This document shows positions 9,585 to 17,348 of a stretch of DNA of 32,550 bases, piece by piece (position 1 is the first letter of the stretch; each line of letters starts with the position of its first letter). The notes below the pieces were generated by a model, which did not search any database, was not told where the DNA came from, and saw nothing but the letters and a program-made list of their open reading frames with translations. The position numbers and the translations under genes are program-made. Origin of the DNA: Deltaproteobacteria bacterium (lineage in GTDB: Bacteria > Desulfobacterota > Desulfomonilia > UBA1062); contig JAGGYK010000288.1 in assembly GCA_021162585.1 (NCBI GenBank), forward strand, positions 1 through 32,550, written 5' to 3'.

Positions 9585-10628
9585 ATGAGTGAAGTTTTCA
9601 TATATGGTGCAGGGCTGGCAGGCATGGTAGCAGCTATAAACCTGGCAAGACAAGGCTTCAAAATAACCATCTATGATAGAGAAGAGAGCATAGGTGGAGC
9701 AAAAAATTTACATCCTTCTATTCATACTACCCCTCTTCAGCCCAAAGAAACATGGGATTATATAGGAATAGATCTCTCAGAGAGTTTTTATCCCACAGAT
9801 ACATATCCATCCTTTTGGTATAATGCTAAGCGTATGACCCTTCCACCATATGTAAATAATACAGTTGCATACAACGTAGAAAGGGGACCCCGCAACAGTT
9901 CTATTGATGTAAAATTATATGAGATAGCACTGAATGAAGGAGTGAAATTTTCATTTAATAAAAATCTAACCCCAGATGAACTTAAGTCAGCACCTCCTGG
10001 GAGCATAATAGCCACAGGCCTATACAAAGAGGTCTATGATCTGGTTGGAGTAAGATATAGCTCCACTTATGGGTATCTGGCTTCGATTCCATGGGAACAA
10101 GGAGAGGTAAATGGCGCAATCCATATGGGCAGATTCAGTGTAGATTATGGATACACAGCAGCACTTAATGGTTTGATGTTTGTCCTTCTTTTCTCCCGAA
10201 CACCTCTAGAAGATAGAGATCTCGGAAAATTCAAGAAGATACTAAAAGATGCAAGGGGATTAGAGTTTCCCAACTGGCATACATTCAATGGACACTTCCC
10301 AAGAGAGACACGTCTCTCCTGGGAGGACAAGATCCTTGCTGGGACACTTTCTGGTATGATAGAGCCCTTCTGGGGCTATGGTATTGTTGGTGCACTCATA
10401 TCAGGTAAGGTCGCTAGCCTTGTACATACAGACCGTAAGAAGGCAGAGGAAGATTTCTTCAAGTTTACGGCAGGTTTTCAGCGAAAGCTGGCCAGAAAGG
10501 AAAAGATGGACAACATGCCTCTAAATAAACAACTGCTCAGATTGGGGATCTTAAAGGCCAGATTTGATTGCTGGAAAAACCCTGAATTAAAAAAGGCCAT
10601 AAAGGAGCCTGTACGCTGGTTTAAATAG
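9585..10628 (+). CDS. FAD/NAD(P)-binding oxidoreductase
   Basis: The N-terminal dinucleotide-binding fold is VFIYGAGLAGMVAAINLARQGFKITIYDREESIGG. A strong AAGGAGG SD lies 11 nt after the stop of the hotdog gene, so the two are probably co-transcribed. The specific family is not resolved. Confidence 0.6.
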   Translation: MSEVFIYGAGLAGMVAAINLARQGFKITIYDREESIGGAKNLHPSIHTTPLQPKETWDYIGIDLSESFYPTDTYPSFWYNAKRMTLPPYVNNTVAYNVERGPRNSSIDVKLYEIALNEGVKFSFNKNLTPDELKSAPPGSIIATGLYKEVYDLVGVRYSSTYGYLASIPWEQGEVNGAIHMGRFSVDYGYTAALNGLMFVLLFSRTPLEDRDLGKFKKILKDARGLEFPNWHTFNGHFPRETRLSWEDKILAGTLSGMIEPFWGYGIVGALISGKVASLVHTDRKKAEEDFFKFTAGFQRKLARKEKMDNMPLNKQLLRLGILKARFDCWKNPELKKAIKEPVRWFK

Positions 10629-10645
10629 AAAGATTTATATGAAAA

Positions 10646-10673
10646 TAGCTATCAGCTCTCAGCATTCAGCTGT
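10646..10673 (+). repeat. heptanucleotide tandem array (TCAGCNN family)x4
   Basis: The sequence is tagctat cagctct cagcatt cagctgt, with (T/C)AGC recurring at 10646, 10653, 10660 and 10667. The array starts 17 nt after the oxidoreductase stop. Confidence 0.85.
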
Positions 10674-10675
10674 AG

Positions 10676-10697
10676 GGGCCGATGCCCTCATCGGCCC
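10676..10697. terminator. GC-rich hairpin between convergent genes (possible bidirectional terminator)
   Basis: GGGCCGATG-ccct-CATCGGCCC forms a perfect 9-bp stem with a 4-nt loop. It sits between the oxidoreductase 3' end (10628) and the OMP 3' end (10867). The T-tract is only weak (gttta). Confidence 0.35.
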
Positions 10698-10780
10698 GTT
10701 TAGGGAAACGGATCCTACTTTGCTTTAACCTTTTATGAAGTCTTTCGGTTTGTGCATTCATGACTTCTATTCACTAAACG

Positions 10781-10801
10781 TAGAACATAGAACTTTGAAC
10801 C
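10781..10801 (+). repeat. heptanucleotide tandem array (TNGAACN)x3
   Basis: The units are tagaaca tagaact ttgaacc. The same GAAC word family recurs at 1577-1601 and, reverse-complemented, at 32533-32550. Confidence 0.75.
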
Positions 10802-10866
10802 TCCACGAACTGCCCTTTCCACCTTTGGCAGATACCTTTATCCCTCTGTGCCTATTTTCACACAAC

Positions 10867-11436
10867 CTATAGAGCCACTTCTATCCTAAATACAGGTGTT
10901 AACATATCGCCGTCCAAGAGCTCGTTATCAAAGACATGGTGATATTTGAGATCAAGCCCTACATGTATGCGCCCTGAAATAGGAAAATCCATGCCAATAC
11001 CTCCGTATATACCAGATTCGAAGTCGTTTTCATCCCTTGGATAGCCCGGGAGTAATTCAGGTCTGTACTTATAATCGCAGTTATAGATACCAAAACCTGC
11101 ATCCATGTAGACCCTCATATCTTTGAAGTAATAGATAAACCTTGGGCCGAATAGGACTGAAATGACATCTAGAGAATGATCACCGCATTTCTTTGGTTCG
11201 TCATCATGCCTGGAAAATGCAGCGGTGGCCTCCAATGAGATATCCTCAGATATCATATATCCGCCAAAGATCCCCAATGATACACCATCATCCATCTCAG
11301 AGGCGGCATCACTGGTCAATACGGCATAGCCCAGCTGTGCCCCAGCATAAAAGCCATTATCTGCATAGGCCATAGAAGAAAAAGACGCAAGTATCAATAG
11401 GCAGAGAGTGATGACACATGAAAATCTCTTTAGCAT
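10867..11436 (-). CDS. small outer-membrane beta-barrel protein (OMP_b-brl / OmpA-barrel-like), last gene of the arn transcription unit
   Basis: The signal peptide is MLKRFSCVITLCLLILASFSSMAYA. The mature part (about 165 aa) shows alternating aromatic/Gly beta-strand patterns (GFYAGAQLGY, GIFGGYM, GIYGGIGMDF). A strong AAGGAGGG SD is present. It starts 47 nt downstream of arnD. Confidence 0.65.
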   Translation of the reverse strand: MLKRFSCVITLCLLILASFSSMAYADNGFYAGAQLGYAVLTSDAASEMDDGVSLGIFGGYMISEDISLEATAAFSRHDDEPKKCGDHSLDVISVLFGPRFIYYFKDMRVYMDAGFGIYNCDYKYRPELLPGYPRDENDFESGIYGGIGMDFPISGRIHVGLDLKYHHVFDNELLDGDMLTPVFRIEVAL

Positions 11437-11483
11437 TATTATCCCTCCTTTATCTAACTATACACCTTAAAGTGTCTTCGATA

Positions 11484-12338
11484 TTATACACTACATTTGA
11501 ATGCCCTACCAGGGATAAAACCCTGTTGCAGCCCCCTCATATGAAGACCTTTTCTATCAATATCTTTTACAATATTATCAATCCTTTCTATATTATAGCC
11601 TAGAGACATGGCTTTATCGAGTATCTGCTTGAAATCATTCTCATACAATCCACCCTCCACCTCTGCATGCACAGGCAATACCTGGGGGCCAGGGCTGTCT
11701 GCATTATCTTCAAGCACCCTTATCACGCCCTTTGTCCCAACCTCTTCAATGCATGGAAGATTAGACGGGATCTCAATCATACCATTTTCTCTGAATATAA
11801 AAGGCATGCTCGCCCTTGTACAGCTCAAGTACTTAAACCCAAATCTATTTATAATCTCAAGGGCCCTTTTATCCATGCGCCATCCAGGTGCGCCAAACCC
11901 CTGAGGTCTCTCGCAGAGGGTCTCCATGTAGGCATTCACCAACCTGTCAAGCCAGATATCTATCCTGTTTCTGCTCATTAGAGGCAACCAATCCTGCCAG
12001 AGCCTGTGATCCCATGCATGACAGGCCACCTCATGACCCATTTCCGACAGATGCTTTATATCCTCAGGAAAGCTCAACCCTATCATAGGGGCAGGAAGTA
12101 TAGTCCCGTATAATGCGGTCTTTATGCCATACATGCCCGGGGCATTTGTCCTTATCATCTTGTATAAAAATTTAGGCCTTAAAAGCTGGAGCGCAGCAAG
12201 CCCTGATCTGTCCGGCCCGAAACTGATAAAGAAGCTGGCAGGAATGCCATATTTATCCAGTACCTTGACAATATGCGGGATGCCCGTCTTCATCCCCTGA
12301 TATGTATCTACATCTATCTTAAGGGCTAAGACAGACAT
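11484..12338 (-). CDS. arnD: 4-deoxy-4-formamido-L-arabinose-phosphoundecaprenol deformylase (polysaccharide deacetylase family)
   Basis: It is collinear with recalled E. coli ArnD. LALKIDVDTYQG matches VGLRIDVDTFRG, FGPDRSG matches VGPDN, HAWDHRLWQ matches HAWDHHAWQ, and LPVHAEVEG matches YTIHAEVEG. Confidence 0.85.
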   Translation of the reverse strand: MSVLALKIDVDTYQGMKTGIPHIVKVLDKYGIPASFFISFGPDRSGLAALQLLRPKFLYKMIRTNAPGMYGIKTALYGTILPAPMIGLSFPEDIKHLSEMGHEVACHAWDHRLWQDWLPLMSRNRIDIWLDRLVNAYMETLCERPQGFGAPGWRMDKRALEIINRFGFKYLSCTRASMPFIFRENGMIEIPSNLPCIEEVGTKGVIRVLEDNADSPGPQVLPVHAEVEGGLYENDFKQILDKAMSLGYNIERIDNIVKDIDRKGLHMRGLQQGFIPGRAFKCSV

Positions 12339-12343
12339 TATCT

Positions 12344-13363
12344 TTAGCCAGCTTCTTCCAGAAAGGCATCCAGTGTAAGCCTTAGCGCATCATCAAGACC
12401 AGTCTTTGGCTCCCAGCCAAGGATCTCCTTTGCTTCATCTATAGACGGCACCCTGGTATATATGTCCTGATAACTATCGCCATAGAATGTTTTTGCATCC
12501 TGGACCCTGATCTCAGAGTATCTATCATCATTCTTATGTTTGGGATGATTCTTAAACATATCTAAAAGTCTATACGCAAGGTCTTTAATAGTGCAGTTGT
12601 TGGCAGGATTGCCCAGGTTGAATATCTGCCCTGTGGCCCTTCCTCCCTCATTTTCGATAATTTTCATTATTGCATCTATCCCATCATCTATATATGTAAA
12701 TGACCTGCTCTGCTTGCCTCCATCCACCAGAATTATCGGCTCTTTGTACACAAGAGAGGCAATAAATTGAGTGACAACCCTTGATGAACCCTCTTTTGCA
12801 GTCTCGATGGAATCTAGTCTTGGGCCTATCCAGTTAAAAGGCCTCATAAGGGTAAAATCCAATTCCCCCCTCGAGCCATACGCCCATATAACCCGATCCA
12901 TAAGCTGTTTTGAACATGAATATATCCACCTCTGCTTGTTTATGGGACCAAGGATAAGATTAGACTTATACTCATCAAAACTTGGATCAGAGCACATCCC
13001 ATAGACCTCTGATGTAGAGGGGAATATCACGCGTTTTTTATACCTTACACACTGTCTTATGACCCTTAGATTCTCTTCAAAATCTAATTCGAATACGCCT
13101 AATGGATTTTCTATATATGACTTTGGTGTAGCAATAGCCACTAAAGGCAGCACTACATCACACTTTTTTATGTGGTATTCTATCCATTCCTTGTTTATGG
13201 ATATATCCCCTTCTACAAAGTGAAACCTGTCATGGTCAAGCACCCACCCGAGCTTGTCAACCCCAAGATCCATACCATAGACTTCCCAGGTAGTATCCTT
13301 TATTATCCTCTGGCTCAAGTGGGAGCCAATAAAACCGTTAACACCTAGAATTAATACCTTCAT
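12344..13363 (-). CDS. arnA: UDP-glucuronate oxidative decarboxylase (stand-alone homolog of the ArnA C-terminal dehydrogenase domain)
   Basis: It closely resembles the recalled ArnA C-terminal domain. Shared blocks are [69 protein letters not shown] and [19 protein letters not shown] chose ATG 13363 (MKVLILG), which overlaps the upstream TGA as ATGA. The track start at 13372 is a GTG. Confidence 0.9.
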   Translation of the reverse strand: MKVLILGVNGFIGSHLSQRIIKDTTWEVYGMDLGVDKLGWVLDHDRFHFVEGDISINKEWIEYHIKKCDVVLPLVAIATPKSYIENPLGVFELDFEENLRVIRQCVRYKKRVIFPSTSEVYGMCSDPSFDEYKSNLILGPINKQRWIYSCSKQLMDRVIWAYGSRGELDFTLMRPFNWIGPRLDSIETAKEGSSRVVTQFIASLVYKEPIILVDGGKQSRSFTYIDDGIDAIMKIIENEGGRATGQIFNLGNPANNCTIKDLAYRLLDMFKNHPKHKNDDRYSEIRVQDAKTFYGDSYQDIYTRVPSIDEAKEILGWEPKTGLDDALRLTLDAFLEEAG

Positions 13364-14274
13364 TTCAAACACTCTCCTTCGTGATCTTTGAAAAATTTTA
13401 GCATTGAATCCCCTTTTAGACTGAGCCCATCTATCTCTATCTCGTGGGGAGACATGATGCCACTTCCCGTCCCGATAGAGACTTTATCATCTGCTATATA
13501 TATCATCCCGGGTGTAATATCACCTCTCTCATAAGGCAGCCCCCACCAGAAGATGATCTTTTTATCATGCAAAAAACCAAATGCCCCGGGGTATGGCTTT
13601 GTTACCGCCCTTATCAGATTATATATCTCTATGGCAGACATCCCCCAGTCTATACGGCCGTCTTCCGGGGTCCTGCCACCATAGTAAGAGCCTCTGCTCA
13701 AGTCCTGCGAAATCTTTTTGACACGCCCCTTTTTTATGTCCGGTAGTACTTCATCAAGCATAGATCTAGCTGCATCTTCCAGTTTTCCATGAAGGGTTAA
13801 AGCTGTATCCTCAAATAAAATCTCCACTTTTTTTTGCGCAACAATCGGTCCTGCATCTGGTTTTTCTACCATCTCATGAAGGCTCACCCCGGTATATTCC
13901 TCGCCATTTACAAGGACCCAGTTTACAGGACACCTCCCTCTATATGCAGGCAACAAAGAGCCATGAAGATTATAAGCACCCATTTTCGGAATAGCGAGTA
14001 TATCTTTTGATATCATATGCCTATAATAAAAACTGAATATGATATCAGGTGATATTGCCTTTATCTTTTCTATCCATAATGGAGAATTTGGGGTCTTTGG
14101 CGTTACATATTCTATAGATTTTTCCTCACAGATCTTTACCACAGAGCCGAACCAGATATTCTCTTCTGGATTATCATCATGGGTGAATACTAAAGGAATC
14201 TCAAAACCATATCTGATCAGGGCATCTATGCCAATAAGACCGATATTATGATATGCGAATACACATGCCTTCAA
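13360..14274 (-). CDS. arnA: UDP-4-amino-4-deoxy-L-arabinose formyltransferase (stand-alone homolog of the ArnA N-terminal domain)
   Basis: It aligns from residue 1 with recalled E. coli ArnA ([12 protein letters not shown] vs MKTVVFAYHDMG). Further shared blocks are [48 protein letters not shown] and PDAGPIVAQ. The start is TTG and overlaps the arnC stop as TTGA. Confidence 0.9.
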   Translation of the reverse strand: MKACVFAYHNIGLIGIDALIRYGFEIPLVFTHDDNPEENIWFGSVVKICEEKSIEYVTPKTPNSPLWIEKIKAISPDIIFSFYYRHMISKDILAIPKMGAYNLHGSLLPAYRGRCPVNWVLVNGEEYTGVSLHEMVEKPDAGPIVAQKKVEILFEDTALTLHGKLEDAARSMLDEVLPDIKKGRVKKISQDLSRGSYYGGRTPEDGRIDWGMSAIEIYNLIRAVTKPYPGAFGFLHDKKIIFWWGLPYERGDITPGMIYIADDKVSIGTGSGIMSPHEIEIDGLSLKGDSMLKFFKDHEGECLK

Positions 14275-15203
14275 TCTTGATGTATCCTCCTTATGGTATA
14301 TGGCGGCCTCTTTTTCACCTCCTCATATATCCTCCCAACATATTCTCCCATTAAACCAAAGGCGAGGAACTGTGCACCCACAAAGAAGAATAGGACTGCA
14401 AACAATGTAAACACGCCTTCTGCAGCCCATAGCGCACCAAAATACAGCCTTGCAATCATTAAGACAACGCCGAAGCCTACACCTAGTACTGCAAACAAGA
14501 ATCCCAGGTAAAGCATGAGCCTTAAGGGAAAATCGGAAAATGAGGTGACCAAATCAAATTGCAGGGATATCAATTTTGCCAAAGAATACTTGGACTCGCC
14601 TGCGAAACGCTGTTCATGGGCCACCTCTATCTCTGTTATATCCTTGGCAAATGAGGTAGCAAGCGCTGGTATGAATGTGGAGTGCTCCTGGCTTTCTACC
14701 ATAAACTCCACCACATGTCTTTTGTATGCCCGAAGCATACAGCCCCAGTCATTCAGATTAACACCAGTGATGCGCCTTGTAATCCCATTTACAATCCGGC
14801 TCGGGATCTTTCTGAATATGGAGTCCTTCCTTGACCTTCTTACTGTGCCCACAACCTCATAATTGCCATTCTCCATAGTCATCACAAGCCTGGGTATCTC
14901 TTCCGGCGGGTTCTGCAGGTCTGCATCCATGGTAATGACAATACCCCCTGTGCTGTTTTCAAACCCGGCAAATACTGCGGCATGCTGTCCATAATTCTTG
15001 GTAAGCTCTACTATCTTTATCCTGTCGCCTATATGCCTTAACATTATATCCAGAGAATTATCAGTGCTGCCATCATCCACAAGTATTATTTCATAGTCCC
15101 TGTTTAAAGATTCCATCACAGGTGTTAGCCTCTCAAATAGCCTGTTCAAGGTCTGCTCCTCATTATACACCGGGATGACAACAGATATCTTTTCCTGGCC
15201 CAT
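14271..15203 (-). CDS. arnC: undecaprenyl-phosphate 4-deoxy-4-formamido-L-arabinose transferase (GT2)
   Basis: It is collinear with recalled ArnC. Shared blocks are SVVIPVYNEE, YEIILVDDGSTDNS, NYGQHAA, DADLQNPPEEIPRLV, GCMLRAYKRH, STFIP, GESKYS, and the two C-terminal TM helices with WAAEGVFTLFAVLFFFVGAQF. Confidence 0.9.
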   Translation of the reverse strand: MGQEKISVVIPVYNEEQTLNRLFERLTPVMESLNRDYEIILVDDGSTDNSLDIMLRHIGDRIKIVELTKNYGQHAAVFAGFENSTGGIVITMDADLQNPPEEIPRLVMTMENGNYEVVGTVRRSRKDSIFRKIPSRIVNGITRRITGVNLNDWGCMLRAYKRHVVEFMVESQEHSTFIPALATSFAKDITEIEVAHEQRFAGESKYSLAKLISLQFDLVTSFSDFPLRLMLYLGFLFAVLGVGFGVVLMIARLYFGALWAAEGVFTLFAVLFFFVGAQFLAFGLMGEYVGRIYEEVKKRPPYTIRRIHQD

Positions 15204-16130
15204 TTATACCTCCTCTATGTAGCCATATATATAATTTCTATTTTTGATAAGACAGATACTGCCTATGAGAACAGCGAGCCACAGTGTAAATACCCTGGCC
15301 ATGATAGCAGCCAAGGCTGCTGGTGTAGCAGGGATGCCTGCATGGACAATCAACCCCATCAGGCTTGCATCTGTAACAATTAACCCGCCTGGAAGCATGG
15401 ACAATACACCAATAAGAGTAGAAAATCCGAATATAGAAGTCGCCTTTATAATCCCCATCTCAAGGCCAAGACCCTTTATGATAAGCATCAGGGCAACACC
15501 CTCGCTAGTCCATGCAATCAGGGTGATAATAAAACTCATGATAACAACCTTGGGCCCAAACAATCTAAACATATTATCTAAGGCATCCTTTAAATCATGT
15601 GTCCTGCCGGAGAACACAGGCAACTTCGACAGGATCTTTATCAATGTATCTGCCACCTGTGGGATAAGACATATAGCAGGTAGCACACAAAGGATAAGCG
15701 CAACCCATATGCCCTTACTAAAAAGGCCTATACCTAATAAAGAGATCATAGCAAGACATATCAAATCCATGTATAGCTCTGCTATAATAACAGGCGATGT
15801 GGTAATAATCTTACGATTGGTTATGGACTTAAGCATCTGACTTTTGATCAAGAAGCCCATCTTGCCAGGGGTTGCACTCATAGAGAGACCTGATAAAAAG
15901 ATCATAAGGCTCTTCCCCAATGTTATATCTATACCCATCTTGGCCAAGTATATATGCCACCTCAAAAACTTGATAAAATCATTGCCAAATCCAAACATGG
16001 CTATGACTGGTATCAAATACCATGAAAAGCCCTTTAATGCAGGACCTGCTTCTATTATATCCCCCCACATACCCACAGACGTGAAGGCAACCATTGCAAG
16101 TGCCAGTGTTAGTATAATCCCCTTTTTCAA
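15204..16130 (-). CDS. UPF0104 / LPG_synthase_TM (MprF flippase-domain-like) polytopic membrane protein
   Basis: 308 aa, with roughly 8 hydrophobic helices. The family-typical stretch is LRWHIYLAKMGIDITLGKSLMIFLSGLSMSATPGKMGFLIKSQML. The TTG start overlaps the arnB stop (TTGA), and its TAA directly abuts the arnC ATG. Confidence 0.7.
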   Translation of the reverse strand: MKKGIILTLALAMVAFTSVGMWGDIIEAGPALKGFSWYLIPVIAMFGFGNDFIKFLRWHIYLAKMGIDITLGKSLMIFLSGLSMSATPGKMGFLIKSQMLKSITNRKIITTSPVIIAELYMDLICLAMISLLGIGLFSKGIWVALILCVLPAICLIPQVADTLIKILSKLPVFSGRTHDLKDALDNMFRLFGPKVVIMSFIITLIAWTSEGVALMLIIKGLGLEMGIIKATSIFGFSTLIGVLSMLPGGLIVTDASLMGLIVHAGIPATPAALAAIMARVFTLWLAVLIGSICLIKNRNYIYGYIEEV

Positions 16131-17251
16131 CCGAGAATTTTCCTTACTGCAGCTATCACTGTCTGGACCTGAGCATCGCTCATACCAGGATATAGAGGCA
16201 AACTTAATATCCGCGGGGCAAGCTCATCTGTAACAGGCAATTTGGTCTCGCCAAACATATTTCTTATATAAGTCAACTTATGACAAGCAGGGAAATGCAG
16301 ACCATAACCGATATTCGCTTCTGCAAGTGCCTCCATAAAATCATGCCTGCTTAAGGATCTAATCTTTACTACAAATAAGTGCCAGGCGTGTCTGTGCTCA
16401 TAAGTAGGCCTGCCCGGCAAATCAATCCCATCTATATCAGACAGCCCCTGTATATAGAGCTCCACGATCTCTGTGCGCCTTTTGGTGATCTCTTCTAATT
16501 TATCCATCTGCACAAGACCAAGCGAGGCTTGAATATCTGTCATGTTGTATTTAAATCCTGGCTCTATTATGTCATATGTCGGGTCAGATGCCTTGCCATA
16601 GCGCTTCCATGCATCACGTTCAATCCCATGAAACCTGAGCAGCCTCAAACGTTCCATAAATGCCTCATCACCACCTACCACCATCCCGCCCTCTGCTGTG
16701 GTGATATTTTTTATGGGATGAAAAGAGAATATAGCGATGTTGCCCCTTGATCCTATATGCCCCCCCTTGTACATGGTCCCTATGGCATGGGCTGCATCCT
16801 CTATAACAGGGATATCGCCCGCAAGGCCTTCTATCACATCCATATCAGCAGGCGCACCTGCAAAGTGTACAGGGATTATTGCCTTTGTATGCACGGACAA
16901 AAGCCTTTCTATCTCTTCTGGTTTTATGAGCATGGTATCATAGTCTATATCTGCAAAGACAGGCCTCGCCCCTGAAAGAGCGATTTGGTTTATTGTGGAT
17001 GCAAAGGTCATGGAAGGTGTTATCACCTCATCGCCTTTTCCAATACCAAGGGCCTTTAATACAAGGTGCATACCACCTGTGCCGGAGCTTAAAGACAGGG
17101 CATATCCTGCACCAGTCAGGGTTGCAAACCTGTCCTCAAATTCCTTACACTTAGACCCTGTGGTAATCCATCCGGATCGCAAGACCTCAGTTACTGCATC
17201 GATCTCATCCTGGCCAATAAATGGCCTGCTCATTGGTATGAATTCACTCAT
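16127..17251 (-). CDS. arnB: UDP-4-amino-4-deoxy-L-arabinose--oxoglutarate aminotransferase (DegT/DnrJ/EryC1 family)
   Basis: It matches recalled ArnB from residue 1 (MSEFIPMSRP vs MSEFLPFSRP). Shared blocks are SGWITTG, GKGDEVITPS, KAIIPVHFAGAPADMD, IEDAAHA.GT.YKG.HIG, and the PLP-lysine block FSFHPIKNITTAEGG. An AAGGAG SD lies 6 nt before the ATG. Confidence 0.9.
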   Translation of the reverse strand: MSEFIPMSRPFIGQDEIDAVTEVLRSGWITTGSKCKEFEDRFATLTGAGYALSLSSGTGGMHLVLKALGIGKGDEVITPSMTFASTINQIALSGARPVFADIDYDTMLIKPEEIERLLSVHTKAIIPVHFAGAPADMDVIEGLAGDIPVIEDAAHAIGTMYKGGHIGSRGNIAIFSFHPIKNITTAEGGMVVGGDEAFMERLRLLRFHGIERDAWKRYGKASDPTYDIIEPGFKYNMTDIQASLGLVQMDKLEEITKRRTEIVELYIQGLSDIDGIDLPGRPTYEHRHAWHLFVVKIRSLSRHDFMEALAEANIGYGLHFPACHKLTYIRNMFGETKLPVTDELAPRILSLPLYPGMSDAQVQTVIAAVRKILG

Positions 17252-17348
17252 CTAGTACTCCTTGTTGGTTTACTAGCATAATAATTTTCGCTAGTATGCT
17301 ACCACAGAACAATTGAATTTGTATAAATATATTTTATCTGCCCTGATC

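Noticed and set aside
10867-11436. Calling the operon-terminal OMP a PagL lipid A deacylase.
   Set aside because: The PagL H-x-S-N catalytic motif is not present (the nearest histidines are in KYHHVFDNE). Only a generic beta-barrel call is justified.
17289-17304. A sigma54-like element on the minus strand upstream of arnB (TGGTAGCATACTAGCG).
   Set aside because: The spacing is right, but the -12 region reads TAGC rather than TTGC and the flanks do not match. The locus-associated regulator is OmpR-type (sigma70-dependent). A match this weak is expected by chance in a 100-nt gap.
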